A stretch of DNA of 64,000 nt, taken from assembly GCA_947627355.1 (NCBI GenBank), contig CANQVX010000004.1:12459-76458 (forward strand), given 5' to 3'. The translations under genes and the position numbers were made by a program. Origin of the DNA: an uncultured Bacilli bacterium. Its GTDB lineage: Bacteria; Bacillota_I; Bacilli_A; RFN20; CAG-631. The first letter of the stretch is position 1. Every line of letters begins with the position of its first letter. Below, in pieces: positions 59,405-64,000 of the stretch. The notes under the pieces were generated by a model. It did no database searches, was not told the origin of the DNA, and was given only the letters and a program-made list of their open reading frames with translations.

Positions 59405-61429
59405 ATGAAAAAAAGATATATATTTACAAGCTTACTAGTTGCTTTATTATTAAGTGCTTGTGGAGATGATAAAAGTTCATCCAGTTCATCTTTATCAATT
59501 AGTTCTAGTTTATCAAGTAGTTTAAATAGTTCGTCAACAACAAATTTGTCGAGTGAATCAACAACATCGAACCAATCTACCAATAGTTCATCCACTACTT
59601 CAACAGATAGTTCTAGTAGTTCAACTACTCCATCAGTAGATAGTTCTAGTAGTTCTTCAACTGGAGGTACATCAGTGGGTAGTTCAACTCCATCAGTAGA
59701 TACTTCTAGTTCTTCATGTGATTCAACTAGTTCATCAATTGTTCAAGAAAAAGATTTAACAAAAATTGATGAATTACTCGATTTTGTCGATGTTTTTATA
59801 GATAAAGAAGTAGAAGAAATATCAAATATTGCTTATGAAAAAGAATATATTTATTATTCTGGTTACACAGACGAATATGGTGAATCAGGTAGTGTTGTAG
59901 CTTATGATGACAATCACATTGTTAATACTTTTACAAGAGATAAAACTGATGAATATTCACCAACAACTACAACTAATCTTCAACAATATTTAGGCTTGTA
60001 TGAAGAAAAACCAAATTATTTCTATAATATTATGATTGATAGCAGTGAACCTAAACCATTCATGTATAGTTATGAAATAGTTGATACAGTAACTAATGAA
60101 GATACTCAAATTGCTAAAGCAGATGTTAACCAAAATCTTAGTTTAAATATCTTTTCAGGCTTTAAAGAATTTATTAGTGATGCTGTCGTTGCTTCAAATG
60201 GAGTAATAAAAAAACAAGGTGACACTATACTACTTGAAACAACTAATTATACAACTAGCAATGAATTAGATAGTAGTCATGATAATCTACTTGAATGTAG
60301 TTTTCAATTTGAAATAGATAATAACGATAATATCAAAACATTAACTTATCGTTTTAGAGAACAAGAATATCAAATTTACCAAGAAGTTTACAAAGATATC
60401 GCTTTATATTCATATAGCTACGAATTTAGTTATGGCACTAAAGCAGATGCTGCAGAAAGTCCTATAAATCCTGGAATGTATGTAGCAACTTCATTTGATT
60501 TACAATTAGAAGCTACCTCTTCTTATTATTATGAAGAAGTTGAACCTAACGCTTTAGTAGCAGGTAATAAGGTTCGTGGTGTTGCTAAAAATGTTGTTCC
60601 AGCAACTGCTATCGATGTTGATTTGACTATTCAATCTAGTAGTGATGAAACTGTTGTTGATTTATATGGAAATGTTAAAAAATCTGGCAAGTCTCATCTA
60701 GTATTTGTAAGTACAGGTGGTATAACTAAAGAAGTTGATGTAGTTGCAACTGCTCCTGATGCTACTTATGTTTATGTTTCTTTAAAAGGTAGTTCAACGA
60801 CATATGATTTAAATGACACTGTTGAATTTGAAATAGGTTATTCACCTAAAGAAACAGAAGACACATTTACAGTATCAGTTACAGCACCAGATAAAACGGT
60901 TCAAACATTACAACCTAATGAAGATGAAATATATTCATTTGTAGCATCTCAAGAAGGTAAATATGTTATAAATGTTCAAGATGAAGATGTTGAATCTGTA
61001 AGTGCTACTAAAGAAATTGATGTTGTTAAACCAATAGCAGATGATGATTTAAAAGAATTATTAGTAACTGACAAAGGCTTTATTTATGAAGGTTATGAAT
61101 ATGATCCAGATAGTTATGGAAATGTTAATGTAACATATACTTTAAAATTTAGTGCTGACGGAACGGCAACGATTACATTATCTAAAGAAGATTATTGGAC
61201 TGGTACTCCAACAGTATCTCAAATTGCTTCATTTACTTATAAAATTGAAAATGGCAAAATTGTTTTAGATTTCCCAGTAACAATTAATGGAGAAGAATAT
61301 GTAAAAGGCACTGTTACTTTCCAAGTAGGATTTGATAGCAATGATGAAACTATAATTACTAGTATTAAATTTGATTTAGAAGAAAGTGTTTATGGTTACT
61401 TTTATAAAACATTCGAAAGAGGCAAATAG
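59405..61429 (+). CDS. secreted lipoprotein with long Ser/Thr linker and Ig-like domain (paralog of 57624..59387)
   Basis: Lipobox LLLSAC. Roughly 100 aa S/T-rich low-complexity region. Big-like segment (VVDLYGNVKKSGKSHLVFVSTGGITKEVDVV). C-terminal domain resembling the upstream gene. Confidence 0.75.
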   Translation: MKKRYIFTSLLVALLLSACGDDKSSSSSSLSISSSLSSSLNSSSTTNLSSESTTSNQSTNSSSTTSTDSSSSSTTPSVDSSSSSSTGGTSVGSSTPSVDTSSSSCDSTSSSIVQEKDLTKIDELLDFVDVFIDKEVEEISNIAYEKEYIYYSGYTDEYGESGSVVAYDDNHIVNTFTRDKTDEYSPTTTTNLQQYLGLYEEKPNYFYNIMIDSSEPKPFMYSYEIVDTVTNEDTQIAKADVNQNLSLNIFSGFKEFISDAVVASNGVIKKQGDTILLETTNYTTSNELDSSHDNLLECSFQFEIDNNDNIKTLTYRFREQEYQIYQEVYKDIALYSYSYEFSYGTKADAAESPINPGMYVATSFDLQLEATSSYYYEEVEPNALVAGNKVRGVAKNVVPATAIDVDLTIQSSSDETVVDLYGNVKKSGKSHLVFVSTGGITKEVDVVATAPDATYVYVSLKGSSTTYDLNDTVEFEIGYSPKETEDTFTVSVTAPDKTVQTLQPNEDEIYSFVASQEGKYVINVQDEDVESVSATKEIDVVKPIADDDLKELLVTDKGFIYEGYEYDPDSYGNVNVTYTLKFSADGTATITLSKEDYWTGTPTVSQIASFTYKIENGKIVLDFPVTINGEEYVKGTVTFQVGFDSNDETIITSIKFDLEESVYGYFYKTFERGK

Positions 61430-61510
61430 CCTCTTTTTGAATGTAAATAATACTTTATTCTTTAAAACTAAGTTGCTATAATTTTTATGTATCAATCGGG
61501 AGTTGGTTTC

Positions 61511-63271
61511 ATGAATAAAAAATCTCAAATTATGTTTTTGTTATTGACTTCATTATTTATTACTAGTTGTAGTAATAAAAATGCTAATAGTTCTTCAATT
61601 TATGTTGAAGATGTTAATGCTACAATGGAAGGACAAGCAAATGAAATTCCTTTTTATGCTAGCGATATTCATGATGATTCAGGAATCAATGCAACTAAAA
61701 TCTATAAATTCAAAACAGTTGTAACTGATAAATATTATTTAAATTGTTATCCTGCGATATCTTTAAAACTATATGATGGAAATAAAAACTTAATAAGTGA
61801 TGATTGTTTAAATTATTCTATTAATCTTATTAAGGATCGTCATTACTTTTTAGAAGTAACAACAAGTACTCCTAATCAAGAATTTATATTAGAATGTTAT
61901 CCAATTCATAATACCATTGTTAATCCTTATCCAATTAATAAAGATACCAATACATATGACACTAAATCAACAAAAACAGATCCACTAAAACCAGCTAAAC
62001 TTAATTATCATAAAAGAGAAGGTGGAACATATTTATATTCCAATGTTCCTGAAGCAATGCCTCAAGAAGTAGTAAATACTATTCTAATGCAAAATAAAAA
62101 CTTAACCGGTGAATGTTTTCTAACATTTGAACATCAAAACCATACCAATACTAATAATCTTTACATGGGTTATCGAATTAAAAACACTCAAGATAATGAT
62201 ATCTATGTAACTATTACTAATGTTGGTTATCAAACAAGTGGTTCATGGCTTGGTGAAAAATCATGGATGGATTATTATGGATTAACCTATGACATTGATA
62301 CCTCATTATTTGTAAGAGATCCTAACCTAGATTGGTTTAATGCTTATTTAGGTTATGATTTAAATTATAAAGCTAAAAAATTTCATCCAGTAACATATAA
62401 ACTTCCTAAAGGGAAACAAATCTATATCATAGGTGGAACAACAAGTGATGCTTATCAAAATATAAACATCAATCAATCAGCCGATATTTATATTAAAATA
62501 GGAAGTTGTGTTAATGGTAATGTTAGATTCAATATCACTAATGGAACAGCTGTAGGTGAATTATGTGTCTATGATTCAATTGAAAAAATAAATCAAGAAA
62601 ACATAACAGTTCAAAACTTAAGAAGATATGGTGAAAACGATGATTTTGGCGGTAGAATCGGCTATAGTCCAATTCAAGGTGTAATTGATAATAGTGCTTA
62701 TTGGGAATTCAACGATTTAACTAGATCTCAAGATTTACCAGTTACTTATGAATCTTATTATGCTGACACTTTAAAAGAATCTTATGAACCATTTGAACCA
62801 GTAACTGGCTGTTATAATCATACTAAATATGGTATTTATTGGGAAACTCATTTATCGGCTCAAGTTCATCGTGATATCAGTTTAATTGGTTCAGATATGG
62901 TTGACCTTCATGCAATTTGTGATGGAAAAGAAGTAATTCTATCTAATTATATAGCAAATCCTACCGGTCAAATCTGGGATTTTGGTAACTGGATGATTGA
63001 ATATCAAGATGTCTTTACATTTGTAAATCGTGGAAGTAAGGCTCGTAAAGTTAAATGTTATGTTGTTAGTGATTATGGTTCAATCTTTTATAGTGTTAAA
63101 ACTATGGATGATGAATTATTACTATTTAATGCTACTGCTCCTCGTTGTACTGGAAGACTTCCATTAGTTGAATATACAATTAAACCTCATAGTAAAGAAA
63201 GTATAGTCTTACAATATGTTTTACCTGCTAATACTTCTGGTGGAGTTATTCATTACGTAACATTAGAATAA
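61511..63271 (+). CDS. secreted lipoprotein with N-terminal PPC-like beta-sandwich domain and a large uncharacterised C-terminal domain
   Basis: Lipobox FITSC. N-terminal domain (KFKTVVTDKYYLNCYPAISLKLYDGNKNLI...) resembles pre-peptidase C-terminal/targeting domains. SD GGGAG before the ATG at 61511. Confidence 0.6.
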   Translation: MNKKSQIMFLLLTSLFITSCSNKNANSSSIYVEDVNATMEGQANEIPFYASDIHDDSGINATKIYKFKTVVTDKYYLNCYPAISLKLYDGNKNLISDDCLNYSINLIKDRHYFLEVTTSTPNQEFILECYPIHNTIVNPYPINKDTNTYDTKSTKTDPLKPAKLNYHKREGGTYLYSNVPEAMPQEVVNTILMQNKNLTGECFLTFEHQNHTNTNNLYMGYRIKNTQDNDIYVTITNVGYQTSGSWLGEKSWMDYYGLTYDIDTSLFVRDPNLDWFNAYLGYDLNYKAKKFHPVTYKLPKGKQIYIIGGTTSDAYQNININQSADIYIKIGSCVNGNVRFNITNGTAVGELCVYDSIEKINQENITVQNLRRYGENDDFGGRIGYSPIQGVIDNSAYWEFNDLTRSQDLPVTYESYYADTLKESYEPFEPVTGCYNHTKYGIYWETHLSAQVHRDISLIGSDMVDLHAICDGKEVILSNYIANPTGQIWDFGNWMIEYQDVFTFVNRGSKARKVKCYVVSDYGSIFYSVKTMDDELLLFNATAPRCTGRLPLVEYTIKPHSKESIVLQYVLPANTSGGVIHYVTLE

Positions 63272-63422
63272 AAAAATAACGGTTGAATGTTTATTCAATC
63301 GTTTTTATCGACAAAAACAATTAATAAAAATAATATTAAATATTAGTCTCACAAATAAAATAGAACTCTATTGACAATAAAAGGTCGATATGGTATTTTA
63401 TTGTTGCCTAGGAGGTATTAAC

Positions 63423-64000
63423 ATGACTGATTTTTCAAATAGTAAGAAATTAAATAAATATTATGGCGGATCAGAAAGAAAAATAGCTATTATTTATAAA
63501 AATGCTGAATACATTATTAAGTTTCAAAAATACACTAATTTCAACACCAAAATATTTAATCATGTTTCAGAATACTTAGGCTCCCACATTTTTAGTTTGT
63601 TTGGCATGAAGGCTCAAGAAACAACACTTGGAATATATAATGGTGAAGAAGTTGTTGCTGTAAAAAACTTTACTAGTGATAATGTTATTTTTGTGCCATT
63701 TAATGATGTTGGTGAAAGTACATTAAATAATGATAAAGATAACTATTGTTATAGTTATGAAGATATAACTCAAATGTTAATCGATAATTCAAAATTAACT
63801 AATGTTAAACAAACCATTAAAGTATTTTGGAAAATGTTTATAATCGATGCTTTAATCGGTAATTTTGATCGTCATGGTGCTAACTGGGGTTTTCTAAAAA
63901 CTAATGACATATATACTATTTCTCCTGTTTTTGATAATGGTTCATGTTTATATCCTCAATTAAATGATGAAGATATGATGAAAAAGATAATGAAATCAAC
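63423..64000 (+). CDS. HipA/CtkA-like Ser/Thr kinase-fold protein (HipA C-terminal domain only), 3' end beyond the window
   Basis: Strong SD AGGAGGT. The catalytic-loop region IIDALIGNFDRHGANWGFL aligns with the HipA_C block (lIgNtDdHlKNfSll). SPVFDNGSCL aligns with the APaYDl block. The ORF is still open at the window edge. Confidence 0.55.
   Translation, partial: MTDFSNSKKLNKYYGGSERKIAIIYKNAEYIIKFQKYTNFNTKIFNHVSEYLGSHIFSLFGMKAQETTLGIYNGEEVVAVKNFTSDNVIFVPFNDVGESTLNNDKDNYCYSYEDITQMLIDNSKLTNVKQTIKVFWKMFIIDALIGNFDRHGANWGFLKTNDIYTISPVFDNGSCLYPQLNDEDMMKKIMKS

Overview
This 64 kb window is chromosomal DNA from a low-GC Bacillota (Firmicutes-type) bacterium, roughly 28-30% GC by eye. It uses the standard genetic code: TGA terminates topA at 20679-20681. 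Coding density is high on both strands. The backbone is housekeeping genes in Bacillus/Clostridium-like synteny:
- a partial Ca2+-type P-type ATPase at the left edge
- pcrA-ligA on the minus strand
- plsX-rnc-ftsY-ylxM-ffh-rpsP-KH-rimM-trmD-rplS-lepB-rbgA-rnhB
- dprA-topA-trmFO-xerC
- feoB, hpt, a MATE efflux pump
- sufCDSUB followed by yunB-like, yutH-like, a yutI-like NifU-domain gene, a yugI-like S1 protein and pgi
- one tRNA-Arg(CCT) on the minus strand.

Accessory and unusual content sits between these blocks:
- Two clusters of paralogous secreted lipoproteins with Ser/Thr-rich linkers and Ig-like domains: 22999-28009 on the minus strand as one operon, and 57624-63271 on the plus strand.
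- An amidohydrolase plus GPH-symporter operon.
- An XRE-type HTH regulator fused to a Cys-rich beta-helix repeat domain, next to the tRNA.
- An Abi_2 abortive-infection gene.
- A HipA/CtkA-like kinase domain gene, cut off by the right edge.
- A frameshifted, truncated rhuM-family pseudogene inserted between lepB and rbgA.
- A 43-bp tandem palindromic repeat array at 37755-37877.
- Several recurring CG-containing DNA motifs (TCGAT-AGA-ATCGA dyad, TTTGACCGACAAA, an 18-mer duplicated in pcrA and an intergenic site) that are statistically unexpected in AT-rich DNA.

No CRISPR array, rRNA, transposase or integrase was found. All function calls rest on motif and family recognition by eye, not database searches.
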